Shown here: positions 1 to 9,857 of the stretch, one piece after another
Layout: the number at the start of each line of letters is the position of its first letter
How positions within the stretch are numbered: position 1 is the stretch's first letter
From: a bacterium
GTDB lineage: Bacteria; Electryoneota; Electryoneia; Electryoneales; Electryoneaceae
Reading direction: 5' to 3'
NCBI GenBank assembly: GCA_963675295.2
Contig: CAXXKJ010000002.1
Location: 4,448,001 to 4,512,000, forward strand
Length of the DNA: 64,000 nt
Position numbers and translations under genes: made by a program
The notes under the pieces: generated by a model
Databases searched by the model: none
The model's input: the letters and a program-made list of their open reading frames with translations, nothing else
Told to the model about the DNA's origin: nothing

Positions 1-285
1 GCGTGCCGGCGAGCCCGGGAATTGCGGATTCTCTTCCTGTAGTCGCACACACACCGTCACCACCGCCTCAAAACTGGTGGCGGTCAGTTCCTGCATCGCC
101 GGGCTGGAATCCGGGATTTCGAGGTCAACTTCCGCCATCACCTTGCGCGCAACGGGGTGCACCATCTCCGGTTCAAGGCTGGCAGCGTGGATCTCAACGT
201 TGTCCGGGGCCATATGACGCGCGAAAGCAGCCGCCATTTGGCTGCGGCCGGATGGACCCTTGCAGATGAACAAAATGTGGTGCAT
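1..285 (-). CDS. ArsC/LMW-PTP-like domain protein, 3'-partial (runs off window)
   Basis: Manual translation from ATG at 285: MHHILFICKGPSGRSQMAAAFARHMAPDNVEIHAASLEPEMVHPVARKVMAEV...FEAVVTVCVRLQEENPQFPG. Has an ILFIC-x5-RSQMA P-loop and a VTVC motif. Absent from the ORF track because no stop lies in the window. Confidence 0.8.
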   Translation of the reverse strand, partial: MHHILFICKGPSGRSQMAAAFARHMAPDNVEIHAASLEPEMVHPVARKVMAEVDLEIPDSSPAMQELTATSFEAVVTVCVRLQEENPQFPGSPAR

Positions 286-658
286 GGAACTCCAGAACGT
301 AAGGACAGGAAAGGATACGGCAGCCGGCATGGGTCTGGCAAGACAGGACATGCACAATCTCGGCCATCCGGTGTGATAGACAGCGGATATCGTGGTCTTC
401 TTTTACATAATGGCATGTTTTCATGTGATGAAGATCTCAAGACTCATCGTTATTGTTGATCTTGAACGGAATTGGGATTGCGCTGTGCAGCCACCCCTGC
501 CGCCCCGAATCACGACACCCCCCGAACAGCTCCCAGTTTCGTTGACTCGAAGTGTTAGGCGTTCCTACCTTTTGCCCGAAGGACGGGGGTGATTGGTTTC
601 TGACGAGTTCGTCCCTCCTTTCACAACCCGAACTGATTGTTATTACGTGGAGATAGCC

Positions 659-979
659 ATGTTTTGCGCGATGAACCGGATTACGGTGCAGGAAGACTAT
701 GTTGAGAAGTTCGAATACATGTTCAAGACCCGTGCGGGCGAAGTGGACAAGGAACCGGGGTTTGTTGACGTCAAGATCCTGCGTCCGAAGCAGCCTGGGA
801 AGCCGTACATCGTGCTCTCCTTCTGGGAGACCGAAGCAAACTTCCAGCAGTGGGTAGACAGCGGTGCGTACATGAAGGGCCACAGCCGGGCGTTCGGGGA
901 TATGAAGCAGGCGGCGGATGAGAAGCGGCAGATGCCGATGCGGTCGGACATGGAGACGTTCGAGGTATTCGCGGAGTAA
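659..979 (+). CDS. Antibiotic biosynthesis monooxygenase (ABM) family protein, IsdG/HmoA-like
   Basis: MFCAMNRITV...F..R...VD..PGF...SFWE...F..W..S..Y..GH matches the ABM/IsdG pattern (N, W, H conserved). GGAG RBS before ATG 659. Confidence 0.8.
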   Translation: MFCAMNRITVQEDYVEKFEYMFKTRAGEVDKEPGFVDVKILRPKQPGKPYIVLSFWETEANFQQWVDSGAYMKGHSRAFGDMKQAADEKRQMPMRSDMETFEVFAE

Positions 980-990
980 GCGGCGGTTGA

Positions 991-1033
991 CCCGCGATAG
1001 CCGTCACAAACAGACGTGACGGTCAATCACGGG
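991..1033. repeat. Palindromic intergenic repeat, copy 1 (CCCGCGATAGCCGTCACAAAC.GACGTGACGG.CAATC.CGGG)
   Basis: Near-identical copy at 11650-11692; forms a hairpin. Confidence 0.8.
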
Positions 1034-1074
1034 AACCAACAGCTGAGGCTGTGAGCTATGGGCTATGGGAAGAC

Positions 1075-1104
1075 GTGCCCCTGATGGATCACTATCAGGG
1101 GCAC
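1075..1104. terminator. Hairpin between convergent genes (GTGCCCCTGAT...ATCAGGGGCAC)
   Basis: 11-bp perfect stem; related arms at 33342-33419. Confidence 0.6.
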
Positions 1105-1111
1105 ATTCCGT

Positions 1112-2551
1112 TTATCTAATCAGTGTCACGCGCTGGGTGGCGCGGTGACCGTCCGGAGTGAGCAGCTGAATGACGTACACCCCGCTGGCGTTATCGTGCG
1201 CGGACCAGGTAATCGGGACAACACCGGCGTTGGTTGCGGGGACCGACCAGTAGTCGACCTGCCGTCCGAGCATATCAAACACCGCGACCTGTACCGGCCC
1301 GGTGGTGGGTGTGGTCAGGGTCAACGTGGTGTTGCTGTTGAATGGGTTTGGATAAGCGGGCTGAAGCTCGAAACCGGGGACGATGGTAATCAATCTTTCA
1401 GCATCCTTGGACGCCAATACCGGGTCATCGATCAAATACTGCACCAAACCCAGGTAATACATAGTAAGATCTTGATCGTAACCAACATAGCCAAATAAAA
1501 GTTCCTGATCTGATACTACAGTAACTGGATGCCGTGAGTCGCGAGAATTGAACATCTCCTCGCTGAAACGCAGGTTCCCTTCAGGCCCAGAAAGCTGTAC
1601 ATGTCCGTTTCTCCAGCGCAGGATCGTAATACCATCCCTCCAGCATGTAATGCTTCCCAGTTTACAAACTTGAGGAAGTGGGAAAGCGTTGGTGTAGTTC
1701 CAAATTAGGTTTCCACCAGCATCCAATTTCGTTCTGGAGAAGTATAAAGCAGATTCCTCTGTAAGGATATAAGTATTTCCATCGGTATCCTGATCAATAC
1801 TGTGAATGTCGGCATCGCCGAATTCATAAGTCCACCGATGATTACCGTTTAAGTCATAACTCGTAACCATGGCGTCCCTGTGGTCATAAAATTCCTCATA
1901 ACCGTACACAACCGTGCTCGGAGATATGTCTGCTGCAAGTCTTAACTCGTAAGCTTGCGGATTATCGTCCATTATTCGTGTACCTATTTGCTGCCCGCTC
2001 ATGGCGTTAATAGCCATCAGAAATTCCTTCACATGTCCTTCCGATTGCTTGAAAAAACCGGCAACGAGAACCGTATCCATACCAAGAATGGTCAGATCAC
2101 TTAGTTTTTTCCGCGTAGCCGGCCATGCCTCATGAGTGTTGAATTCCCACATTAACGTTCCGATAGTACTGTATCGTTTTACGATCAGATCGCGCGGTAG
2201 GCCCTGTGTATTTCTCCGGCTGTTGTGAGTGTAAGCGACTATCATGCTGCCATCCCACAGTGGTTCGATAAACGCATTCTGGAAATCGGTTGGCCAGTAG
2301 GCCTGATCCACAACGGTTAACCACAGTTCATTTCCGGTATGATCACTAGCGCGTAGGTAGAGCGTTTTCAGGTTCCACTGGTCAGTTTTAAATAACTGTA
2401 CTACCGACCTGTCAGGGAAAATGATAGTATCAAAACTGCGTAGCGGTAATTCAAGATCGTAGTAGCGGCTTTCCATCACGATAGTGTACTGTGCCGATGC
2501 GGTGGAAAAAGCAAGCAGGACCAGTAAAAGACAAAGAAACGTTTTTCGCAT
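1112..2551 (-). CDS. Secreted beta-propeller-like protein with T9SS type A C-terminal domain
   Basis: Signal peptide MRKTFLCLLLVLLAFSTASA, repeated G..LW motifs, C-terminal YPNPFN...VFDMLGRQV...SGVYVI...RVTLIR. Confidence 0.85.
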   Translation of the reverse strand: MRKTFLCLLLVLLAFSTASAQYTIVMESRYYDLELPLRSFDTIIFPDRSVVQLFKTDQWNLKTLYLRASDHTGNELWLTVVDQAYWPTDFQNAFIEPLWDGSMIVAYTHNSRRNTQGLPRDLIVKRYSTIGTLMWEFNTHEAWPATRKKLSDLTILGMDTVLVAGFFKQSEGHVKEFLMAINAMSGQQIGTRIMDDNPQAYELRLAADISPSTVVYGYEEFYDHRDAMVTSYDLNGNHRWTYEFGDADIHSIDQDTDGNTYILTEESALYFSRTKLDAGGNLIWNYTNAFPLPQVCKLGSITCWRDGITILRWRNGHVQLSGPEGNLRFSEEMFNSRDSRHPVTVVSDQELLFGYVGYDQDLTMYYLGLVQYLIDDPVLASKDAERLITIVPGFELQPAYPNPFNSNTTLTLTTPTTGPVQVAVFDMLGRQVDYWSVPATNAGVVPITWSAHDNASGVYVIQLLTPDGHRATQRVTLIR

Positions 2552-2600
2552 AGGATACTCCAGTTTTCATCCCTGATCGCATGGCGAACCAGATTTTCGG

Positions 2601-4061
2601 CTATCTGACCAACGTAACCCGCTGTGTCGCGCGGTGGCCATCCGGAGTGAGCAGCTGGATCACGTAGACGCCGCTGGCGAGATCGTGTGCGGACCACGTG
2701 ATCGGGACAACGCCAGCGTTGGTTGCGGGGACCGACCAGTTGTCTACCTGCCGTCCGAGCATATCAAACACCGCGACCTGCACCGGCCCGGTGGTGGGTG
2801 TGGTCAGGGTCAGCGTCGTCGAACTGTTGAATGGGTTCGGGTAAGCAAGTCCAACATTGAATGGCACGGGAGTGATCATGGTGGATGCGGTCATGGGTGA
2901 ATCTGCCATGCCCGCAAGCACTTGTTCGTCATAGTGATACTGAACCACCCCAACAACGTTTTCCTGTATGTCGTAGTTATATCCAGAGTATCCGAATAGT
3001 AGATCCTGATCAGAGATTACGCTTACCGGATGGCGCCTGTAACCTCCATTCAGCAGATCACTTTGCCACTGTATGTGTCCCTGACCGCCAACCACTTGTA
3101 CTTCCCCCTGTCGCCATCTTAGCAGTGCCAGCTCTTCCCGCCAGACAGTAATACTACCTCTGTTGCTTCCGTCCGGGAAAATCAGTTCACGTTGCCAAAG
3201 TTCATTTCCTTGAGCATCAAGCCGAAACAGTGTGTAGCGGTCTCTAGGTTCGTGAACCAACACGAAACATTCAGTTCCGTTCAACAGACAGACATCCATG
3301 ATTGAACGAATACGATCTATATTCTCAATATGATGTGACCAGAGAAGGTTGCCATCGTGCGTATACACTTTGACCATGGCGGGAAAATCTGGAAAGCTGT
3401 CTTCCATGTAACCATAGGCGACGGCTACGGAGGAAATGTCAGCACTGATTCGGAATCGTCCAGATCTTGGTTCTCCCACGATTGCAACTTGATCCAGCAG
3501 CAATCCACTCATGGCATTCACCTTCAGTAGATACTTCTGGATGTGAGTGTGGTCGCGATGGTAGAATCCTGAGACCGCGATGGTGTCCATGCCCAGAATC
3601 GTGAGGTCACAAAGGTACTTGTGTGCCGCTGGCCATGCGGATTCCGTGCTGAATTCCCACATCAGTGTCCCATTGGTGGCAAACCGTTTAATGATAAGGT
3701 CGCGTGGGTAGCCAGAATGATTCCCTCGATTCAGGAATGCATAGGCAACAATCATACTGCCATCCCAGAGCGGTTCGATATAGGCATCACGGAATTGCGA
3801 GAACAACCGGGCGGTGTCGACAAGGACTGTCCACAAAGGGGAGCCGTTCGCGTCAACCTTGCGCAGCATCAACGTATCCAACGCGTTCACTTCCAGTTTA
3901 TACAGTTGAGCTGCAGATCCATCCGAAAATACCGCGGTATCGAAGCTGCGACCATAACTGGGACTGGTAACAACCTCATTTTGCATGACCAGTTGCGGCT
4001 GGGCGAATGTGGGAGTCAGGGACAGCAGGGCAAAGGCGAAACTGAGAAGGGCGGTTCTCAT
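2601..4061 (-). CDS. Secreted beta-propeller-like protein with T9SS CTD (tandem paralogue of 1112..2551)
   Basis: Signal peptide; shares IEPLWDGSMIVAY, PRDLI and DLTILGMDT; CTD nearly identical to the neighbour. Confidence 0.85.
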   Translation of the reverse strand: MRTALLSFAFALLSLTPTFAQPQLVMQNEVVTSPSYGRSFDTAVFSDGSAAQLYKLEVNALDTLMLRKVDANGSPLWTVLVDTARLFSQFRDAYIEPLWDGSMIVAYAFLNRGNHSGYPRDLIIKRFATNGTLMWEFSTESAWPAAHKYLCDLTILGMDTIAVSGFYHRDHTHIQKYLLKVNAMSGLLLDQVAIVGEPRSGRFRISADISSVAVAYGYMEDSFPDFPAMVKVYTHDGNLLWSHHIENIDRIRSIMDVCLLNGTECFVLVHEPRDRYTLFRLDAQGNELWQRELIFPDGSNRGSITVWREELALLRWRQGEVQVVGGQGHIQWQSDLLNGGYRRHPVSVISDQDLLFGYSGYNYDIQENVVGVVQYHYDEQVLAGMADSPMTASTMITPVPFNVGLAYPNPFNSSTTLTLTTPTTGPVQVAVFDMLGRQVDNWSVPATNAGVVPITWSAHDLASGVYVIQLLTPDGHRATQRVTLVR

Positions 4062-4355
4062 GGGATACTCCTTTCATACGTGTACACCACCGGTCAAGTC
4101 TGATAGCACGAACGTTGGGGCGACCGGCACCTCTGATCGCTGGAATATACCTCGGTTTGGGACCAACGCGCCAGTCAACGGGGACAGAATCAGGAATTCG
4201 CCGGTTTTCCGGGCTTCATGACGTTCATTAGCTTGATCGTACGCTCTCAATAGCCGGGAAGACTATGCGAAAAACTGACGTTCATCTTGCGATCTGTTTT
4301 GCAGCCATCTATGTTAACCCTTGCAATTGAGCCAACATCAAATGAGGTATCTGCC

Positions 4356-6044
4356 ATGAAAACGCTCCGGTTTGTTGCTGTCCTGCTTCTCCTGATCTCC
4401 GTATCCCAGGCTCAACCCCCCTCAGCTGATTGGTCGCACGCGTTCTCATCCAGCGCGGACGAGACGTTGCGTCTTTACCGGATGGCGTCGCTTCTGGACG
4501 GGTCTTTGGTCGCATGTGGCATGTACCAGGATTCGACACAGAATCCGGTAGAAGGCGGAGTTGTTATCCGGTTTGACCTGGACGGGACGGAACTGTTCCG
4601 CGAGTATTACACGATGGACCTGTGCAGCGATATCGCCGCTACGGCTGACGGTGGCTTTGTGCTTGGCGGTGATCGGAACACGACGACCATAACAAAGTAC
4701 TCGCCGGCGAATGTGCTGGAGTGGAGCACAACGGTCAACCATTACCACAATGAGAACGTCGACATCGTACGGGAATTGCCCGACGGTGCATTTGTGATGA
4801 CGGTCGATGGGGAAACCGGTTGTCAGCTGTACCGTTTTTCGAGCAGCGGCCAGCTTGTCGGCGATTCCTTTATCTCGGCATTTGAGCCGAGAAGCGCGGA
4901 GGTTCTTGAGGATGGCCTGCTGCTGGCGGGTGCGAACTACAATCCGTACTACGGGAGCAGCAAGTTTCGAGTCGTGAAAGTGAACTTTGCCGGCGAACAG
5001 ATGTGGAGCCACTTGAATGGTGGCAGCGAGAATAGTGCTGCGTACTACGTTCGCGAACTCCCCGACGGGACAATTCTGTCGGTAGGCATGTTTAACCTGA
5101 ACCTGTCAGCGCTGGTGCGTTTGAGGGCGAACGGCAGCCGTCTGATGCAATACCAGCTCCCGATCAGCGGGTGGGCGTTTGACTGGTTCCGTGACCTTCC
5201 CGATGGAACATTGATGCTGGCTGCGAACATGGGGCCGCATTACGGGGACAACACACGTTGGGCGATTCTCAAAAGCGACTACCAGATGCAATTCGACTGG
5301 TGGCGGCGATATTTGCCAGCGTATGGCGAATCACCCGTGATGGGTTTGGACGGTGGCACGGTGGTGATCAATGCCAACCGTCCCGACGGGACTATCGTCA
5401 AGTTCGAGCCCGAAGTCCGGGTGACAGTGTCCGGGACTCCGGCAGTGGTGCCGCCCGGCGGGGGAACGGTCAGTATCGCCACGGAACTGAGCAATATTCT
5501 GCTCGCGGAAACACCGGTGGATGTCTGGGTGACAGTACAGGATCCGGACGGAAATGTGGACACGTATGATCCAGTGCAAACGACGCTACTACCCGGACAG
5601 GATCTGACGCTCGCAGACGAGATGCTGGCGTGGACTGCCGATGATCCAGCGGGTATGTATCGATGCTTCACGCACGTCGGAGATTTTGAGACGGATCGCA
5701 TCTTCGGACGCGGCTGGCTTGACGTTGAGAAGCAGACTGGCACGGTTCCCGCCGGGAGCGAGGTTGGTGAGGTGGCGCTGCCGGAGAACATGACCCTGAG
5801 TGCCTATCCAAACCCGTTTAATTCCGCAACCCGGATCGAAATAACGCTGCCGAAAGCCGGCGAAACGCGGGTGAGTGTTTACAACACCGGCGGGCAAGAA
5901 GTCGCGCTGTTGCACACAGGATATGCTTCAGCGGGGACACTTCAGCTGTCGTTCGACGGTTCTGAGCTGAGCTGCGGAGTGTATTTCGTGCGCGCGGCTG
6001 CATCGGGTGCGAGCTTGACACGGAAAATCCTGTTGTTGAAGTAG
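4356..6044 (+). CDS. Secreted beta-propeller protein with novel ~110-aa domain plus T9SS CTD
   Basis: Start MKTLRFVAVLLLLISVSQA after GAGG RBS; DGG/LPDG repeats; VVPPGGG domain; YPNPFN...RKILLLK. Confidence 0.85.
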   Translation: MKTLRFVAVLLLLISVSQAQPPSADWSHAFSSSADETLRLYRMASLLDGSLVACGMYQDSTQNPVEGGVVIRFDLDGTELFREYYTMDLCSDIAATADGGFVLGGDRNTTTITKYSPANVLEWSTTVNHYHNENVDIVRELPDGAFVMTVDGETGCQLYRFSSSGQLVGDSFISAFEPRSAEVLEDGLLLAGANYNPYYGSSKFRVVKVNFAGEQMWSHLNGGSENSAAYYVRELPDGTILSVGMFNLNLSALVRLRANGSRLMQYQLPISGWAFDWFRDLPDGTLMLAANMGPHYGDNTRWAILKSDYQMQFDWWRRYLPAYGESPVMGLDGGTVVINANRPDGTIVKFEPEVRVTVSGTPAVVPPGGGTVSIATELSNILLAETPVDVWVTVQDPDGNVDTYDPVQTTLLPGQDLTLADEMLAWTADDPAGMYRCFTHVGDFETDRIFGRGWLDVEKQTGTVPAGSEVGEVALPENMTLSAYPNPFNSATRIEITLPKAGETRVSVYNTGGQEVALLHTGYASAGTLQLSFDGSELSCGVYFVRAAASGASLTRKILLLK

Positions 6045-6260
6045 CTGGTTGCTGGTATTGGTGCATACAGCCGTGACTCTCAATTCACCTTCTCCCTTGA
6101 TGGATCCCACGTGATGGACGCTGGGACCAGGAGTGGTTGAAATCAACCACTCGACCACGTTTTATGGATTCCAACAGCGTATATTCGTCGCAGGGAGCGA
6201 CCCGCGTTGGCCGAGCCAACACGGGCAAGACGCCTGGTGGGACTATGGACACGGACGTAT

Positions 6261-6292
6261 CCGGGGACACTTTGAGGACAAAGTGTCCCCGG
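6261..6292. repeat. REP-like palindrome, GGGGACAC-loop-GTGTCCCC family
   Basis: CCGGGGACACTTTGAGGACAAAGTGTCCCCGG; almost identical copy at 33459-33490. Confidence 0.8.
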
Positions 6293-6360
6293 ATACGAAG
6301 CACGGGCTTGCCTGTTCATCCCCCTCTCCTCCATCCACTGATATGAGACACAGGGCGACG

Positions 6361-7830
6361 ATGCTCGAATTGCGGACAAAAATCCTGCTGGTGGACGACG
6401 ACGAGATCAGCCGTGCGGTGTTCGCGCGGGTGCTGAGCGAGTTCACTGCCAGCGAGGTTGTCGAATGCGACAACGGTCTCGAGGCGAAAAAACGCTTTGA
6501 GGCGGAACAGTTTCCAATTGTCATCTCGGACGTGCGCATGCCCGGTCTGGACGGCATCGAGCTGCTGCACGAAATCCGTGCGCATCCGAACGGCCAGGAC
6601 ACGCAAGTCGTTCTGATCACCGGCTTTGCGGATGTTGAGACGGCGCTCAGCGCGTTGCGTGAAGGTGCGACCGAGATGTTGACCAAGCCGATTCCGATCA
6701 CCGACCTGTTGCAGGTGGTCGAGCGGGTAGCGAAGCAGTATGACGACCTGAAACGGAAGAAACGCCGTGCCGCACAGGTGTCGGTGGGAACGCCGGCGGG
6801 AGATGCGGAAAACGGCGACCGGCCGATGCGTTCGACTGTTGTGCTCGCGGACAAGACGGTGATTGGTGTCTTCAGCCGCAAGTTCCGTGCGATTGTCGAT
6901 ACGGCGCTGCGTTACAACGACGACCGCAACATCCCGGTGCTGATCGAGGGCGAAACCGGCACCGGCAAGGAAGTGCTGGCGAAGGTGGTGCATTACGGCG
7001 ACAGTGACGACACCAGCAAGCCATTCGTGACGGTCAACTGCGCCGCGATCAGCGACAGTTTGTTCGAGAGCGAACTGTTCGGCTATGTCGGGGGCGCATT
7101 CACCGGCGCGTTGCCGAAGGGCGCGAGCGGGAAGATGGAAGCCGCGAACGGCGGCACGTTATTCCTCGACGAAGTCGGCGAAATCCCGATGCCGATGCAA
7201 GCGAAACTGCTGCGCGCGTTGCAGGAAAAGGTGATCTACCGTGTCGGCGGCACCACCGCGATCCCGTTGGACATTCGAGTGATTGCCGCGACCAACCGTG
7301 ACCTGGAAAAGCAGGTGCAGGCGGGCGGCTTCCGGTCAGATCTTTACTACCGGCTCGCGGTCGGGCGGATCGAGATCCCGCCACTTCGTGAACAACGCGC
7401 GTCGATCCCCGCGATGGCGCAGTTGTTCCTCGCTGAATTCGCCCGTGAGAAGCAGCGTGATTTCCGGTTCATCAGCCGGGATGCGGTGCGAATGCTCGAG
7501 CAGTACGACTGGCCGGGGAATGTGCGTCAACTGCGGAATCTGATCGAACACGCGGTGCTGCTTTACAACGCGGTGGAACTGGATTCATCGCACCTCGCCG
7601 AGCTTGAGCAGCGGATGCAGGGCGGCGTGGGCGAGGACGGCGGCGCGGGTGTGTTGCAACCGGGGACCGTCATGCTGCCGCCGAACGGACTCGACCTGGA
7701 CGCGTTGACCTACGAGATTGTGCGCAAGGCGTTGGACAAGTTTGACGGCAACCAGCTCGCGACTGCGAAATACCTGGGCCTTAGCCGGGGACGGCTGCGG
7801 ACCCTGGTCGCGCATCTGGAAACAGAGTAA
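6361..7830 (+). CDS. Sigma-54-dependent NtrC-family response regulator (REC-AAA+-Fis HTH)
   Basis: ILLVDDD, SDVRMPGLDG, GETGTGKE, GAFTGA, LFLDEVGE, WPGNVRQL and a C-terminal HTH. No cognate kinase in the window. Confidence 0.93.
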   Translation: MLELRTKILLVDDDEISRAVFARVLSEFTASEVVECDNGLEAKKRFEAEQFPIVISDVRMPGLDGIELLHEIRAHPNGQDTQVVLITGFADVETALSALREGATEMLTKPIPITDLLQVVERVAKQYDDLKRKKRRAAQVSVGTPAGDAENGDRPMRSTVVLADKTVIGVFSRKFRAIVDTALRYNDDRNIPVLIEGETGTGKEVLAKVVHYGDSDDTSKPFVTVNCAAISDSLFESELFGYVGGAFTGALPKGASGKMEAANGGTLFLDEVGEIPMPMQAKLLRALQEKVIYRVGGTTAIPLDIRVIAATNRDLEKQVQAGGFRSDLYYRLAVGRIEIPPLREQRASIPAMAQLFLAEFAREKQRDFRFISRDAVRMLEQYDWPGNVRQLRNLIEHAVLLYNAVELDSSHLAELEQRMQGGVGEDGGAGVLQPGTVMLPPNGLDLDALTYEIVRKALDKFDGNQLATAKYLGLSRGRLRTLVAHLETE

Positions 7831-7857
7831 AACGGGCTGCGGACTGCGGAAATGATC

Positions 7858-7885
7858 GCCCGGCATCATGCGATGCCGGGCTTTT
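7858..7885. terminator. Rho-independent terminator between convergent genes
   Basis: GCCCGGCATC-ATGC-GATGCCGGGC followed by TTTT. Confidence 0.75.
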
Positions 7886-7905
7886 CCATGCAATCACATC
7901 TGAGG

Positions 7906-8862
7906 TCAGGCGTGTTGTGCGTCAACAGCTCGTTCGACTCGCTGAGCTGAGAAGTCGTACGATATTCCTGTCAGATTTTCGGACAGGTCCCACAGCCGTG
8001 CCATGTTGCTGTCTGTGAATTCGCCGGCGTTCCGCCACGTCATGTAGTCGACACGTTCCGGCCATCCACGCATGCCCATGAACCCGTCCGGCCCGATGAA
8101 CTCGCCGCCCTGCAGCGACGGATCGACCGCAGCGCGCACGGTCGGCAAGGATCCCCGTTCCGGTTTCATCGCGAAGAAGGTGTTGAGAAAACGGAACAGC
8201 GGCGTGTGGCGTTGCAGGTCGGTCGCGGTCCAACCCGGGTGTGCAACGGTGGCCAGTTGCGGATGCCCGGCGGCCTGCAGACGTTTCTGCAACTCCCACG
8301 TAAACAACAAGTTCGCGAGCTTGGTTTGCCCGTACGCCTCGGTTTCACTGTACTTGCGCTGCGCGTAGACCGGATCGTCCCAGTGGATTTTGCCGAAATT
8401 CGCCGCGCCACTTGAGACGCTGACGATGCGCGCGTCCGGCTGCTTGAGCAACAACGGCAGCAGCAGCCCGGTCAGGGTAAAATGGCCGAGGTGGTTGGTC
8501 GCGAACTGTAGTTCCCAGCCGTCCTCGGTGCGCTCAAACGGACACATCATCACGCCGGCGTTGTTGATCAGCAGGTCGAGCCGGTCATGCCTTGCAAGGA
8601 ACTGTTCAGCGAACGCTTTCACCGACGCCTGCTTCGACAGGTCGAGCTGCATGGTCTCGACGGACGCGCCCGGAACAGCTGTCATAATCTGACGTTTGGC
8701 GCCGTCCGCCTTGGCGAGGTTGCGGCAGGCCATAACGACATGCGCGCCCTTTTCGGCCAGGTACCGCGCGGTCCAGAAGCCGATGCCGGTGTTGGAGCCG
8801 GTGACGATTACGGTGCGCCCGGACTGATCTGGTATGTTGTTTGTATTCCAGTGGTTACTCAT
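7906..8862 (-). CDS. SDR family oxidoreductase (retinol dehydrogenase/WWOX-like)
   Basis: TGSNTGIG, LINNAGVM, TNHLGHF, YGQTK (YxxxK), HPGWTATDL. Start MSNHW after GAGG. Confidence 0.92.
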   Translation of the reverse strand: MSNHWNTNNIPDQSGRTVIVTGSNTGIGFWTARYLAEKGAHVVMACRNLAKADGAKRQIMTAVPGASVETMQLDLSKQASVKAFAEQFLARHDRLDLLINNAGVMMCPFERTEDGWELQFATNHLGHFTLTGLLLPLLLKQPDARIVSVSSGAANFGKIHWDDPVYAQRKYSETEAYGQTKLANLLFTWELQKRLQAAGHPQLATVAHPGWTATDLQRHTPLFRFLNTFFAMKPERGSLPTVRAAVDPSLQGGEFIGPDGFMGMRGWPERVDYMTWRNAGEFTDSNMARLWDLSENLTGISYDFSAQRVERAVDAQHA

Positions 8863-8934
8863 GGTTGGTTCCTCGTGCTTCAGTTCGTGTCTCCGGTTGT
8901 ACGACTTGCAGGCCGTCTCGTTCCGAGGCAAGAA

Positions 8935-8952
8935 TAAACGAACGTTCGTTCA
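8935..8952. promoter_or_regulatory. Putative TetR operator upstream of SDR
   Basis: Perfect palindrome AACGAACGTTCGTT (8937-8950); related site at 9565-9582. Confidence 0.7.
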
Positions 8953-8981
8953 ATAAAATCAGCAGAAAAAGCATCTTGACC

Positions 8982-9554
8982 TCAGAGTTTGACCGCATCC
9001 CAGGCGCAGTTGCCGAGCAGGGCGATGGTGGCTTCGTCCACTTCGGCGCCCGTTTTCCCTGCGGCGGCGACGGTTTGCATCAACGGCGCGAAGATGATCG
9101 CAGTGATCAGGTCGTGGTTGAGCGGCTTGAAGATGCCCGCCTGCACGCCCTGGTCGAAGAAGCTGTGCGATTCGCCGAACATGCGCGCTCCCTCCTCGCG
9201 GGTGGTCTCGGTCAGCATCGGGTTGGTCATGCACTGTTCCATGAAACGGAACTGGTCGCTGTGATGCTGCATGTAGCCAGCGAGGTACGCGTAGGTGCGC
9301 TTGAAGTTCTCTTCCCACGATCGTTTCGGGTCGTGCTTCAGCCGGACCGCGTGGCTGAGATCCTGTTTCACCAACAGGTACAGCTTGTTGAGCAGGTCCT
9401 GCTTGTTCTCGAAATAGATGTAGATGGTCGCGGGCGAGACTCCGGCGGCCTTCGCGATCTTGGATATCGAGGTTTCGGAGAAGCCGTGTTCGTTGATCAG
9501 CCGGATGGCGGCGTCGACGATGGCATCGTGTTTGGCATCATCACGTTTTCGCAT
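8982..9554 (-). CDS. TetR/AcrR family transcriptional regulator
   Basis: IVDAAIRLINEHGFSETSISKIAKAAGVSPATIYIYFENKQDL HTH. Confidence 0.95.
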   Translation of the reverse strand: MRKRDDAKHDAIVDAAIRLINEHGFSETSISKIAKAAGVSPATIYIYFENKQDLLNKLYLLVKQDLSHAVRLKHDPKRSWEENFKRTYAYLAGYMQHHSDQFRFMEQCMTNPMLTETTREEGARMFGESHSFFDQGVQAGIFKPLNHDLITAIIFAPLMQTVAAAGKTGAEVDEATIALLGNCAWDAVKL

Positions 9555-9560
9555 GCGCCT

Positions 9561-9589
9561 ATAATAAACGATCGTTCACTTATTGTCAA
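9561..9589 (-). promoter_or_regulatory. Sigma70 promoter of tetR (TTGACA-17 bp-TATTAT) with operator in the spacer
   Basis: Minus strand reads TTGACA ataagtgaacgatcgtt TATTAT aggcgc ATG. Confidence 0.8.
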
Positions 9590-9857
9590 GCAGTGCGAGA
9601 GACGGGTGAAGGTGGCTCTGAATGGGGGGTGGCCCGGGTATCGGTGATCGGGCTCAGGGTTCGGGGCTCGAGGCTTGGGGCTCTAAAAAAGATTCATGCC
9701 CTCGGGCTTCAGCCCGGGATCAACCCACGTTCAATCACGCACAGCCATCATCCCCCAGACATTCATGTCTGGGGTTATCGAACAGTCGCCATCGCGGGCA
9801 CCGGCAAACCCCCTTCCCGTCGTATATTGCCTCATCTCGAATCCACCGAGGCATCCA

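Noticed and set aside
6133-6360. N-terminal extension of the NtrC-family regulator
   Set aside because: Spans a REP palindrome; the receiver domain starts at 6361. Extensions on the 9696, 37868, 41593 and 61723 ORFs were trimmed for similar reasons.
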